This document shows, piece by piece, positions 20,358-30,494 of a stretch of 50,561 nt of DNA. Where the stretch lies: contig CAMMCS010000001.1 of NCBI GenBank assembly GCA_946494635.1, positions 1 to 50,561 on the forward strand, given 5' to 3'. This DNA comes from an uncultured Oscillibacter sp. Its GTDB lineage: Bacteria; Bacillota; Clostridia; Oscillospirales; Oscillospiraceae. Both the position numbers and the translations under genes were made by a program. The notes under the pieces are model-generated. The model searched no databases. It saw only the letters and a program-made list of their open reading frames with translations, and had not been told where the DNA came from. Positions within the stretch are counted from its first letter, which is position 1, and every line of letters begins with the position of its first letter.

Positions 20358-20382
20358 AAAAAGAATTGAGGAGGAAGACATC

Positions 20383-21627
20383 ATGAAAAGAGCATTTGCA
20401 CTTTTGCTAGTTTTGTCGATGATGTTCAGCTTGTCAGCGTGTAACACATCCGACGCCCCTGAGGAAGAAACCGCAGACACCCCCTCCGGCGAGACAATCA
20501 AAATGGCAGCAATTTACGGATTTACAGGTTCTGGCTCGCAAGTGGCGACTTCCTGCCAAAATGCAATCGACCTCGTTGTGAGCAATATCAATGAGACAGG
20601 AATTGAGAATTTTGGTGGAGCGAAATTGGAAGTTGTATATGGCGATAACCAATCTACTGAAAATGTCGCGAGAACAACTGCCGAACGTGTTTTGGAAGAT
20701 GAGGACATTCTTTTCTGCATTGGCGCGGGATCTAGTGCCTTATTAATTCCGATGCTGCCTGTAACAGAGAGACTACATGTTCCGGTTTTGACAAATAACA
20801 GCGGCGATTCTATTACAGAACAAGGGTATCAGTATGTTTTTCGCTGCAGCGATAAGAGCGGAACGATTGCCGAGTTTAAGACAGATTTTTACCAGTGGCT
20901 TGGGGATGAGAGAGGCTATGATCTGGATAAGATCGGAGTTCTCTATGTAGACTATGACTTTGGAATTTCTGCGGCTGAAAGTGCAGAAGAAAATTACACA
21001 AAAATCGGGACCATTATTGAAAGCGAAAGTTTTCCTGCGGATATTTCAGATATGTCTGCTTTAATCACAAAATTCAAAGCATCTGGCGTTGAGATTATTG
21101 ATTTTACTGGAGAACTCCAAAATGCGAGGCTTTTCTTTGATACGCTGGACGCTATGGACTATCATCCACTCGTAATCGGTGGCGGTGGCGGAATGGCCCA
21201 AAATGAGTTTGCGACAGGCCTGGGTGACTCTTCTATTGGTGTACTTCTCAGCTGCGCATTTACCGTTGATCAGAAGAATATTCTGGAAAATGACAGACTG
21301 AATGGGTTAATCCAGCAGTACCACGATACATATGGGATGTATCCTGATGAAAACGCCATGTTTGCGCTTGAGGAAATGTTGGTGGCATGGGATGCCTTGG
21401 AGAGTGCAGCGGAGCCGACACGGGAAGCAGTTCGGGATGCGATCGCCGCATCTCAAACGGAAGGATTCACCTGGAATCAGCCTGTTACATTTGATGAAAC
21501 GGGAAATAATACCGGAGCGAGCTGGGTGATGGCCCAGTGGAAGAAAAATGAAGAGACAGGGGAGTATTACCTTTCCTGCGTTTATCCGGAGGCAGCTGCT
21601 TCCAGCGAGTTTATTGATCCCGAATAA
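20383..21627 (+). CDS. livK: HAAT (Liv-type) ABC substrate-binding lipoprotein
   Basis: RBS gaggagg, MKRAFALLL...LSAC lipobox; GDNQS, GYQYVFR, DYDFG; symbol is family-level. Confidence 0.9.
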   Translation: MKRAFALLLVLSMMFSLSACNTSDAPEEETADTPSGETIKMAAIYGFTGSGSQVATSCQNAIDLVVSNINETGIENFGGAKLEVVYGDNQSTENVARTTAERVLEDEDILFCIGAGSSALLIPMLPVTERLHVPVLTNNSGDSITEQGYQYVFRCSDKSGTIAEFKTDFYQWLGDERGYDLDKIGVLYVDYDFGISAAESAEENYTKIGTIIESESFPADISDMSALITKFKASGVEIIDFTGELQNARLFFDTLDAMDYHPLVIGGGGGMAQNEFATGLGDSSIGVLLSCAFTVDQKNILENDRLNGLIQQYHDTYGMYPDENAMFALEEMLVAWDALESAAEPTREAVRDAIAASQTEGFTWNQPVTFDETGNNTGASWVMAQWKKNEETGEYYLSCVYPEAAASSEFIDPE

Positions 21628-21669
21628 AAATCTTTTAAAACTTCTAAATAGATAAGCCTTTGGGCTCAA

Positions 21670-21701
21670 AAAACGCGCCGGAGGTAACTCCGGCGCGTTT
21701 T
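21670..21701. terminator. Intercistronic 14-bp hairpin after livK (mRNA stabiliser or attenuator)
   Basis: aaaacgcgccggag-gtaa-ctccggcgcgtttt. Confidence 0.7.
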
Positions 21702-21736
21702 CGCAATCGTACAGAGTGTCTTGGAGAGGAGACGTT

Positions 21737-22609
21737 ATGTGGATCTTCACACAATCAATTATTAACGGGATTTTAGCGGGAGGCGTATATGCACTGATTG
21801 CAGTTGGGATCACTGTAATTTTTGGAGTGATGCGTCTTGTTAACTTTGCAAGCGGCGCTTTTTTTACATTAAGCATGTACCTTGGTTACTTTGTCTATTC
21901 ATTTACTGGCTGGAATTGCTATCAATTAATTCCTGCAGTTGCAATTCTTTCAGCCGCAGTCGCCTATGTAACATTCAAATTTACGATTTCTCCAGTGCTT
22001 GGAAAAAGCAGTGATGCAACGATCTTGGTGACTGTTGGTCTCTCGTTTTTCTTACAGAACCTGGTTATTGTTCTGTTTGGTGGAACTGCTTTAACGCTTC
22101 CATCTGAAATTAGCAATGTTTCCATCCGAATTGGAGAATACACATTGGGATTGCCGCGGACGATTGCTTTTATGGTGGCTATTGTACTTGTTCTTGGGGT
22201 CTCCCTCTTAGTTAATAAGAGCAATTTTGGACGTTCCATGCGAGCAACAGCGGAAAACCCGGAAGTAGCAGAGATGCTTGGCATTAAAAGCCGTCGCGTG
22301 TATACATTGGCATGGATAATTGGAATTGTTATGACGAGTATCGGCGGTTTGCTTCTTACCCCAATTTACTATGTCAACAATACGGTGGGTGCGCCGTTCC
22401 GCACAGTGAGCCTGATGGCAGTTGTTTTGGGCGGACTGGGAGATATTCGCGGAGCGTTTATTTGCGGGTTGCTGTTAGGGATTATTGAGAGCGTATTTTC
22501 CGCTTATTTTTCTGCATACATCGGTTTATTGGGAATTTTTATTGTGTATCTCATCATTTTCCTTTTTAAACCCCAGGGGATTTTTGGAAGAAAGGAGCGT
22601 GTGGGATGA
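21737..22609 (+). CDS. livH: HAAT ABC permease
   Basis: GGVYALIAVGITVIFGVMRLVNFA, GRSMRATAEN, VLGGLG, KPQGIFG. Confidence 0.92.
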   Translation: MWIFTQSIINGILAGGVYALIAVGITVIFGVMRLVNFASGAFFTLSMYLGYFVYSFTGWNCYQLIPAVAILSAAVAYVTFKFTISPVLGKSSDATILVTVGLSFFLQNLVIVLFGGTALTLPSEISNVSIRIGEYTLGLPRTIAFMVAIVLVLGVSLLVNKSNFGRSMRATAENPEVAEMLGIKSRRVYTLAWIIGIVMTSIGGLLLTPIYYVNNTVGAPFRTVSLMAVVLGGLGDIRGAFICGLLLGIIESVFSAYFSAYIGLLGIFIVYLIIFLFKPQGIFGRKERVG

Positions 22610-23646
22610 AGACTGAACAAAAAAAGAAATGGATTCACCAGGTTCTGCCGTTAAGTTGTATAGCAATTGTGATTTTACTTCTTCCGTTTGGGATCCAAAG
22701 CAACTACATCATCACAGTAGCTGTCACATGCTTCCTGTTTTCGTGCTTTGGAGTTTGCTGGAATATGATCAGCGGCTATGGAGGGCAGATATCATGGTGC
22801 CATGCAGTATTTGTCTCCATCGGCGCCTATACCACAATTCTGATGAACAACCTGGCGGGTTGGTCACCTTTTATAGCCATTCCGGTTAGCATGATTCTAT
22901 CCTTTATCATTTCCACTGTGATTGGTAAGATTTCATTTCGATACCGTGGACCATTTTTTTCAATCACAACCATTGCCTTTGCGGAAATTGTCCGGGTTCT
23001 CCTGCTGAACTTCAGAGATTTTACCGGTGGTTCCGCAGGAATCACCCGTCCATACATCGGAGCAAGTTTCTGGAATTTGATGTTCGAAAATGACACTCCT
23101 TTTTATTATATTTCCTTTGTCCTTATGGTTGGAGTTGTCTATATAACATACCGCTTTGAAAAGTCCAAGACAGGGTACTATCTGAAGGCGATTAAAGGCG
23201 ATGAAGACGCCGCAATCTCTCTAGGAATTGATACAAGCCGTATAAAGCTAACGGCGTTTCAGCTCAGCGCTGTTCTGACGGCGGTAATAGGTGTTTTCTA
23301 CGGGGCATTTATCAATTATGTGCAGCCAAATACGATCTGTGGAATGGACTTTTCTGTTCAGATTGGATCGGTAGTCATCGTTGGCGGACTTGGAACGGTC
23401 TGGGGATCGATGATCGGCGCATTTATCCTGATTCCACTTATTGAATTGGCGAATATTCTTCTTGGCGCACAGGGGGGCGCACAGCTGCTTTATGGCCTTG
23501 CCCTTATTTTCGTAGTCATTGCACAACCGCGGGGTGTTATTTATCTCTTCAGCAAAGAGAACCGCGATCGGATTGCGCAGAAACTCGGAAAAGGTGCGAA
23601 GAAAACCTCTGAGAAAATCCGAGAAAAGGGGCGGGAAGATATATGA
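22606..23646 (+). CDS. livM: HAAT ABC permease
   Basis: WNMISGYGGQIS, FSITTIAFAE, AIKGDEDAA, VGGLGT. Confidence 0.92.
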   Translation: MKTEQKKKWIHQVLPLSCIAIVILLLPFGIQSNYIITVAVTCFLFSCFGVCWNMISGYGGQISWCHAVFVSIGAYTTILMNNLAGWSPFIAIPVSMILSFIISTVIGKISFRYRGPFFSITTIAFAEIVRVLLLNFRDFTGGSAGITRPYIGASFWNLMFENDTPFYYISFVLMVGVVYITYRFEKSKTGYYLKAIKGDEDAAISLGIDTSRIKLTAFQLSAVLTAVIGVFYGAFINYVQPNTICGMDFSVQIGSVVIVGGLGTVWGSMIGAFILIPLIELANILLGAQGGAQLLYGLALIFVVIAQPRGVIYLFSKENRDRIAQKLGKGAKKTSEKIREKGREDI

Positions 23647-24365
23647 GTATTTTGCTGGAAGCAAATGACATTTCGATTTCTTTTGGAGGTATTCATGCTG
23701 TCCAGAACCTCAGCTTTCAAGTGAAAAAAGGGGAGGTATTGGGTTTCATCGGACCAAATGGTGCCGGAAAATCTACCTGTATCAACCTGATCACTGGTGT
23801 TTATATGCCTGATACTGGAAGCATTACATTTGACGGTGTGAAATTGACAGAGAAACATACCATCCGGGAGCGTGTTCACATGGGAATGGGAAGGACATTC
23901 CAAACCCCGCGCCCGTTTGGAAACATGACCGTTTATGACAATATTTTTACAGTTGCACTTCAACAAAACAGCTTTGCGGCAGCTCATGAAAAAACAAAAG
24001 AAGTTTTAAAGCTGACTGAGATGGAGCATTGGGCTGATGTCGCAAGTGCAAAGCTACCCATTGAAATGAGAAAATGGCTGGATCTGGCCAGAATTTTGGC
24101 AAACGATCCCAAATTCATTATGATGGATGAGGTCATGGCGGGTCTAAATCCCAATGAGATGGAGAACAGCTTTGCTTTGATTGAGCGTCTGAATCAGGCC
24201 GGCATCACGATTCTGTTTATTGAACATGTGCTGCGGGCCGTTGTGAGAGTATGCTCTCGAGTAATTGTTATCAATGAAGGACGTTTTCTTGCAGAAGGAG
24301 AGCCGAGAGAAGTTTTAGATCGTCCGGAAGTAATAGAGGCGTATATAGGAGGTAAGCGTTCGTGA
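23643..24365 (+). CDS. livG: HAAT ABC ATPase
   Basis: FGG, GPNGAGKS, RTFQ, MMDE, IEH, VIEAYIG. Confidence 0.93.
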   Translation: MSILLEANDISISFGGIHAVQNLSFQVKKGEVLGFIGPNGAGKSTCINLITGVYMPDTGSITFDGVKLTEKHTIRERVHMGMGRTFQTPRPFGNMTVYDNIFTVALQQNSFAAAHEKTKEVLKLTEMEHWADVASAKLPIEMRKWLDLARILANDPKFIMMDEVMAGLNPNEMENSFALIERLNQAGITILFIEHVLRAVVRVCSRVIVINEGRFLAEGEPREVLDRPEVIEAYIGGKRS

Positions 24366-25075
24366 GACTGTTGGAAATATCCGGCGTGAGTGCTGCCTAT
24401 GGAGATCTGAAAGTTCTGCATGATGTTTCGCTGCATGTAGATGAAGGTGAGATTGTTTCTCTGGTGGGATCAAATGGGGCAGGGAAGACGATGCTACTTC
24501 GCATTATATCAGGACTGGTTCCAGTGACGGAAGGACAGATTACCCTAGGGGGAAAAAATCTTTTAAAAGTGAGACCATATGAACGCGTATCTGTAGGACT
24601 TTCCCATATCCCGCAAGGAAGAGGGACTTTAGCAAAGCTTACGGTTAAGGAAAATTTGATTCTCGGTGCATATAGCCTGAAATCTTCTCAACAACGTGAG
24701 GAAAATATTGAACGCGCTTACGGAATGTTCCCAAAGCTCAGAGAGAGGAAAAATCAAATTGCCGGTTCATTGTCCGGCGGAGAGCAGCAGATGCTTGCCA
24801 TTGCAAGAGCCCTCATGTGTGATCCCAAAATTATTGCTATGGATGAGCCCTCTCTTGGACTTGCGCCGATTGTTGTAGAGAATGTCTTTGAGATTATTCA
24901 ACGAGTTTCAAGTGAGAGAAAGATTGCAATTCTGATTGTAGAGCAAAATCTTGTTCAATCCCTGTCCATCGCACATCGGGGCTATGTACTGGAAAATGGC
25001 CGCATTGTCCGGGAGGGAGAAGCAAAGGCCCTCTTGGAGGATAAGGATATTCGGTCTGCATATCTTGGAATTTGA
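24362..25075 (+). CDS. livF: HAAT ABC ATPase
   Basis: GSNGAGK, LSGGEQQMLAIARAL, DEPSLGLAP, VEQN, AYLG. Confidence 0.95.
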   Translation: MRLLEISGVSAAYGDLKVLHDVSLHVDEGEIVSLVGSNGAGKTMLLRIISGLVPVTEGQITLGGKNLLKVRPYERVSVGLSHIPQGRGTLAKLTVKENLILGAYSLKSSQQREENIERAYGMFPKLRERKNQIAGSLSGGEQQMLAIARALMCDPKIIAMDEPSLGLAPIVVENVFEIIQRVSSERKIAILIVEQNLVQSLSIAHRGYVLENGRIVREGEAKALLEDKDIRSAYLGI

Positions 25076-25091
25076 GATAAGGAACTTGATT

Positions 25092-25991
25092 ATGAAGAAT
25101 AAACTGGCGCTTCACATGTGCTACTGGTCTGGAACAGAAATTGGAAACAGTTTGGAACAGATCATCTCCTATACTGCTGAGACCGGTGTGGATTCGCTCG
25201 AACTGGGGCCGGACATGTTCTTAAATCTCGACAGGCAAAGGCGCAAAGACCTGTTACACCGAATTGAAGACCACGGCCTCAGCGTTTCGGTGAACGGTGG
25301 CCTGATGAATGAACGCAACGACACGTCCAGTCCGGATCCCGCAATTCGCAGGGCGGGCATTGAGCACTGCCGACGAGTTTTAGAGGCGTGCGCTGACATG
25401 AGGTCTCCTTATTGGTCGGGACTGATGCACAGCGCATGGTGCCTAAAACCGGATATGGAGAATCCACAGGAATGTAAAAGACGAACATGGGATCGTAGTG
25501 TAGAGGCAATGAAAACGGTAACTAAAATTGCGGCGGACTATGGAGTAGTATGCGCTATTGAAATTGTGAATCGTTATGAGCATTTTTTGCTCAATACAGC
25601 GAAGGATGGTATTGATTTTTGCGGGGAAGTGGGAAGCCCGTACTGCAAACTGTGCCTGGATGTCTTCCACATGTCCATTGAAGAAAATGATATGCCATCT
25701 GCAGTTATGGAAACGCAAAATCGGGGCTATTTGGCATGCATCCACCTGGGAGAAACAAACCGCCGGATTCCAACAGGTGGCCCGACAAATATCAACTGGA
25801 GTCGCTTTGGAAATGCGGTTCGGGATGGCAAGTATTCAGGAACAATGGTGTTTGAGCCGCTGCAGTTTTCCGGAGCATCTACTGCAGCCAAAACCTGTCT
25901 GTGGCGAGATGTTGCGGATCCAAATGATTTGAATGGACTTGTTGTGAATGGACAGAAGGCAGTCTCATTTATGCGCGGCCTTTTGGAATAG
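25092..25991 (+). CDS. D-psicose/D-tagatose/L-ribulose 3-epimerase family protein
   Basis: Metal/catalytic motifs EIVNRYE, LDVFHMSIEE, HLGETNRR, VFEP; ATG 25092. Confidence 0.85.
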   Translation: MKNKLALHMCYWSGTEIGNSLEQIISYTAETGVDSLELGPDMFLNLDRQRRKDLLHRIEDHGLSVSVNGGLMNERNDTSSPDPAIRRAGIEHCRRVLEACADMRSPYWSGLMHSAWCLKPDMENPQECKRRTWDRSVEAMKTVTKIAADYGVVCAIEIVNRYEHFLLNTAKDGIDFCGEVGSPYCKLCLDVFHMSIEENDMPSAVMETQNRGYLACIHLGETNRRIPTGGPTNINWSRFGNAVRDGKYSGTMVFEPLQFSGASTAAKTCLWRDVADPNDLNGLVVNGQKAVSFMRGLLE

Positions 25992-26004
25992 GAAGTTGTG
26001 GAAC

Positions 26005-27480
26005 ATGAGCTATGTAATAGGAATTGACGTAGGAACAACAAACATCAAAGCGCTTGTGATTGATCAGAGTGGTCAGACGGTTGCTTTTGCAAAGAGAAAC
26101 TCACCCTTTCAAGATTTCAATGGCCATGACGCCTATGAGTACCACTCTTTCTGGGAAAATATCTGTCAGCTTCTAAGAGAAACCATAGCCAACATGCAAA
26201 AACAGGGAGCCTCGCCTAAAGATCTGCGCGGAATTGCTGTTGCAAGTATGGGAGAGATGGGATTTCCAGTCGGAAGCAAAGATGCGGTTTTTCCTGCAAT
26301 TTCCTGGTATGATTTGTGCAGCACAAAATATTGGGAAGAGTTATGCGACAAGATTTCCCAAGAGAGGCAGGTTGATATCACAGGGCAAAAGATTATTCAC
26401 ATCTTTTCAATAGCGAAACTGATGTGGCTGAAAGCGGAATATCCACATATATATGATGAAATGGCTACTTGGCTCTGCATTGCAGACTATGTATCGTTTA
26501 AGTTATGCGGAAGCCGCTGTATGGAGAGATCATTGGCAGCGCGGACAGGATTGCTGGATTATAAAACTGGTACCTGGTCAGAAGAAATTTTACAAATAGC
26601 CGGAATTGATGAAGAAAAAATGCCCAGGCTGGTACATGGCGGAGCATACTTAGGAGCAATCACAGATCAAGCAGCAGATGACACGGGGTTACCTCCAGGA
26701 ACACCTGTTTTTGCCGGTGGACATGATCATATCTGCGCATCCTTTGCTACAGGGGTATGGGAGCCTGGAACTATTATGGATTCCAGCGGAACAACTGAGG
26801 TTGTTGTACGGACAGAGGCTCAAAGGGAAAACACACTGACAGCAGGACAAAAGGGCTTCAACATTGGACCGCATGTGCGCCTTGATCACTATTATATTAT
26901 GGGGGGAATCTCTGCAGCAGGCGTCTCTGTGGACTGGTATCGAAAAGAATTTTACGGGGGTTCCCCGCAGCATACTGAAATTGGAAGTCTGATCTATTTG
27001 CCCCACCTGCGCGGAAGCAGTAGCCCTACCAGAGACCCGAGGTCAAAAGGTGCATTTCTGGGAATCACAGACCGGCATGGAAACTCGGATTTTCTGCAGG
27101 CGATCTATGAAGGGGTCGCGTTTGAACTGAAACAAACCATTGATGGCATGGGCAAGTATCCAAAAAAGATCATTGGAGTTGGAGGTGGATACCAAAATGA
27201 TCGATGGACACAGATTAAGGCCGATGTGATGCAGACTGAAATTGAACTTCCTTCTATTAAAGAGGCTACGGCGTTAGGAGCAGCTTTGCTCGCAGGAGTT
27301 GGAAGCGGAATGTTTCCGACTCCTGAGGATGCGTTCCACAACACCTTCCGCATTGAAAAAAGATTTGTACCAAATTTCAAGTATCAGAAATACTATGAGG
27401 AAAAGTACCGGATCTTTCAATCGCTATACAGCACATTGATAGACGTAAATAATGGACTGAGTACATTAAACGCATATTGA
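26005..27480 (+). CDS. FGGY-family carbohydrate kinase (fuculokinase-like subgroup)
   Basis: IGIDVGTT, ASMGE, WYD, GGHDH, SSGT, YLPHLRG, EATALGAALLAG. Confidence 0.9.
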   Translation: MSYVIGIDVGTTNIKALVIDQSGQTVAFAKRNSPFQDFNGHDAYEYHSFWENICQLLRETIANMQKQGASPKDLRGIAVASMGEMGFPVGSKDAVFPAISWYDLCSTKYWEELCDKISQERQVDITGQKIIHIFSIAKLMWLKAEYPHIYDEMATWLCIADYVSFKLCGSRCMERSLAARTGLLDYKTGTWSEEILQIAGIDEEKMPRLVHGGAYLGAITDQAADDTGLPPGTPVFAGGHDHICASFATGVWEPGTIMDSSGTTEVVVRTEAQRENTLTAGQKGFNIGPHVRLDHYYIMGGISAAGVSVDWYRKEFYGGSPQHTEIGSLIYLPHLRGSSSPTRDPRSKGAFLGITDRHGNSDFLQAIYEGVAFELKQTIDGMGKYPKKIIGVGGGYQNDRWTQIKADVMQTEIELPSIKEATALGAALLAGVGSGMFPTPEDAFHNTFRIEKRFVPNFKYQKYYEEKYRIFQSLYSTLIDVNNGLSTLNAY

Positions 27481-27499
27481 GGTAGGGGGCTGTGTTTTT

Positions 27500-28345
27500 A
27501 TGTATGTGTCGCCCAAGGAAATACTGCAGGATGCCATCGATAGGCATTACGCTGTTGCGGCTTTCAACTTTTACAATTTAGATACTCTTTTGGCAATTAT
27601 TGAAGCGGCAGAGGAGGAGCGTTCTCCGGTAATTGCTCAAATTTATGCAGATCATTTCACATTCTATAATGGAGGAGGTTCCATTGCAAAGGCAGCCCTT
27701 CGGCTGATTGAAGAGACGCCAGTCCCGGTCTATTTGCATCTGGATCATGCAAGCAACTACGAAACGATTCTATACGCTATTGAGCTTGGGTTCCATTCTG
27801 TTATGTATGATGGTTCGGAACTGCCATTAGACGAAAACATCAGCATTTCCAAAACTGTGGTGGAGGCAGCCCATAAGCATGGAATTTTCACCGAAGTCGA
27901 GCTTGGTCGGATTGGCCGGCTGTCCGGCGGACAGGAAGACGCTGTCTATGATGATTGCACTGGCGTAGAAGAAGCATGCCAACTGATTTCAAACTGCAAA
28001 GCAGATTCCCTTGCACCGGCGATTGGAACAGCGCATGGATTATATAGGACAGTTCCAAAGCTTAACTTCAGGAGACTGGAGGAGCTGCAGAAAGCGTTGG
28101 AAGTTCCGCTGGTGCTGCATGGAGGCTCAGGAATTCCAGATGAGTTGATTCGTAAGTCGATTGATTTGGGAATCGCGAAAATCAATGTTGGCACAGAACT
28201 CAAATACCAGTGGAGTTCCACGATGAAAGCAGGCCTGGAACAAGGACTGAAAGAGCCAATTAAATTGGAAAATAATGCAAAACAGGCAGTCAAAGAAATT
28301 GCAAAAAGAAAAATCTCTTTATTTGGATCAGCCGGAAAAGCTTAA
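27500..28345 (+). CDS. Class II ketose-(bis)phosphate aldolase
   Basis: AFN, HLDH, SVMYDGS, EVELG, GTAHG, LHGGSG, KINVGT. Confidence 0.95.
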   Translation: MYVSPKEILQDAIDRHYAVAAFNFYNLDTLLAIIEAAEEERSPVIAQIYADHFTFYNGGGSIAKAALRLIEETPVPVYLHLDHASNYETILYAIELGFHSVMYDGSELPLDENISISKTVVEAAHKHGIFTEVELGRIGRLSGGQEDAVYDDCTGVEEACQLISNCKADSLAPAIGTAHGLYRTVPKLNFRRLEELQKALEVPLVLHGGSGIPDELIRKSIDLGIAKINVGTELKYQWSSTMKAGLEQGLKEPIKLENNAKQAVKEIAKRKISLFGSAGKA

Positions 28346-28351
28346 GGAGGA

Positions 28352-29398
28352 ATGAAAATGCGTGCAATGGTTGTTACAAAGCCTTATACATTGGAAGAAC
28401 GGCAAGTACCCATTCCTGAGATCCATAAAGACGAGGCATTAATAAAAATTGCATATACAGGAATATGCGGGTCAGATGTTCACATTTACAAAGGTGAGAC
28501 ACCTACAGCAAAGCCGGATGTCATCACAGGTCACGAATACAGCGGCGTGATTGAAGAGATTGCACCTGGATCTGTAAATCCAGCTGGGCTGAAAAAAGGA
28601 GACAAGGTGGTCGGTTGGATCGTCGAAGCGTGCGGAACGTGTGATGCCTGTTTAGGCGGGCATACGAATCTTTGCAGGAACCTCAAATGCTACGGAACGC
28701 AAGTGGATGGCACATTTAGAGAGTATATTTCTGCTCCGCTTACAATGCTGTATAAGATTCCGGATTCGGCAGATCTGCGATTATATGCATTGGTAGAGCC
28801 TATGGCAGTTGCGGTCTATGCAGTTCGGGAAGCGCCTGTACAGTTGGGCGATACTGTGTTGATCATTGGGGGCGGCGCGATTGGAATGTGTGCGGCTCTT
28901 GCGGCCAAGATGGCAGGCGGAACTAAAATCACAATTTCTGAAATTGCTTCAGAAAAAATTGAAAGAATTAAAAAGATGGGCTTTCATGTTGTAAATCCAA
29001 AAGAGAAAGATGCAGTAAAAAGCTGCATGGATTTGACGGATGGTCATGGCTTCAATTGCATTTTTGAGGCATCTGGTGCTCCCAGTGGATATGATCTTTT
29101 AACGAAGGTAGGCTCTTATAGAGCAAAGGCTGTCAATATTGGCATGAATTTTAGACCTTCCCCCCTGGTGACGCGAGAGATTATGGTTACGGAAACTGGT
29201 ATCAAAGCAATTCGAATCCATCAGCAATCTGTTTTTGGGCTTACGGAAAGATTGTTTGAGTCTTTGAGTGAAAAGGAACAAAGAGATCTCTACAGTCTTA
29301 TATCCGACGACTATGATTTTGACCATTTGAAAGAGGCGTTTGATTTTTGTGTCAATGACCAGTCATATTGTAAGGTAATGGTAAAAGTAGGACTCTGA
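28352..29398 (+). CDS. Zn-dependent MDR dehydrogenase (polyol/aldonate type, probably NAD-linked)
   Basis: GICGSD, GHE, structural C-x2-C-x2-C-x7-C, EP, GGGAIG followed by acidic SE. Confidence 0.92.
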   Translation: MKMRAMVVTKPYTLEERQVPIPEIHKDEALIKIAYTGICGSDVHIYKGETPTAKPDVITGHEYSGVIEEIAPGSVNPAGLKKGDKVVGWIVEACGTCDACLGGHTNLCRNLKCYGTQVDGTFREYISAPLTMLYKIPDSADLRLYALVEPMAVAVYAVREAPVQLGDTVLIIGGGAIGMCAALAAKMAGGTKITISEIASEKIERIKKMGFHVVNPKEKDAVKSCMDLTDGHGFNCIFEASGAPSGYDLLTKVGSYRAKAVNIGMNFRPSPLVTREIMVTETGIKAIRIHQQSVFGLTERLFESLSEKEQRDLYSLISDDYDFDHLKEAFDFCVNDQSYCKVMVKVGL

Positions 29399-29457
29399 AA
29401 AAGGGACGCAATCAGCAGTGCGGATACCGCAAAAACAGTAGATTGCGTCCCTTTTTT
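29398..29457. terminator. Bidirectional terminator
   Basis: aaaaagggacgcaatc ... gattgcgtcccttttt, 16-bp arms. Confidence 0.7.
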
Positions 29458-29573
29458 ACACGATATGTAAAGGGCATATTCTTTTTTGGCGTTTATCAAT
29501 ATGATGTGGCAAAAAGAAGGATGCAGCTTATTTTGTTTAGAAGGAAAGAGAAGTTTATGAGTAACTTTGCAAG

Positions 29574-30362
29574 TTATTGTCCCTCATACAGCTCAGGAAA
29601 AATGCACTTTACATTTTGAGCGGCAAAGCTTTTTAGAATTTCGGGGGCAGGCCTTTCATTTGTGACAATGGCGCTTAAAGAGCTAATTGGGCAGAAACTG
29701 AAGGTCGCCATTTTAGAAAATTTGCTGCCGTCGATCATTGCAACGATGGACTTTCCGACATTTTGATTGATAACTGTGCTTTTAATCTCGGCCTCTAGAT
29801 AATTATTATTAGCCAAGCCACCACGAAAAGAGATGCTGGATGCCGAAATAAAAACAGTGTCAATCTGCATACCGGAAAGCCCTTTTGAAGTGGACAACCC
29901 AACAAAGGAAACTGTATCTGGATTGTAGATACCTCCTAAGGCAACTAGGCGGATGGAGGGGTATTTTGATGCTTCATACATAGCGGATAGAGAATGTGTA
30001 ACGACTGTGACATTCTCTTTTTCCGCTAAAAAAGGGATTATTTTTTCCGTGGTACTTCCAGAATCCAGAAAAATGGAACTGTTATTCCGAACCAGCCCAG
30101 CGGCAAGCCGCCCAATGATTTGCTTTGCCTGACTGTTTTCTGAAGTACGAACAGACATGGGAGGAACGGAATCAAATTCTGACTTTGGGGCTGCACAAAC
30201 ACCTCCGTATACCTTTTTAATGTTGCCGCGGTCTACAAGAATATTAAGATCTCTGCGGATAGTATTCGTGGAAACATGGAAGATTTCCACAAGTTTATCC
30301 AACGACACTGAACGATTCTTTAGAATGTACTGCTCTATTGCGTTTAAACGCTCGATTTTCAT
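29574..30362 (-). CDS. DeoR/GlpR family transcriptional regulator
   Basis: VSTNTIRRDL...KVYGG, IFLDSGSTT, DGSKF. Confidence 0.95.
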   Translation of the reverse strand: MKIERLNAIEQYILKNRSVSLDKLVEIFHVSTNTIRRDLNILVDRGNIKKVYGGVCAAPKSEFDSVPPMSVRTSENSQAKQIIGRLAAGLVRNNSSIFLDSGSTTEKIIPFLAEKENVTVVTHSLSAMYEASKYPSIRLVALGGIYNPDTVSFVGLSTSKGLSGMQIDTVFISASSISFRGGLANNNYLEAEIKSTVINQNVGKSIVAMIDGSKFSKMATFSFCPISSLSAIVTNERPAPEILKSFAAQNVKCIFPELYEGQ

Positions 30363-30494
30363 TCTTGAAATAAGAATCACCTCTTTTGTTAAATTTTGTA
30401 TAGATTATAACATATATTTGGAAAAAGGAAAAGAAAATTTTTCATAAAGAGATAAAAATGATCAATTTATTTTGCGTGAAATGAGGAGATTTCG

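Noticed and set aside
20242-20382. 47-aa N-terminal extension of LivK, or a leader peptide, across hairpin copy B
   Set aside because: No RBS at 20242; the signal peptide and RBS define the start at 20383, and copy A has no equivalent start
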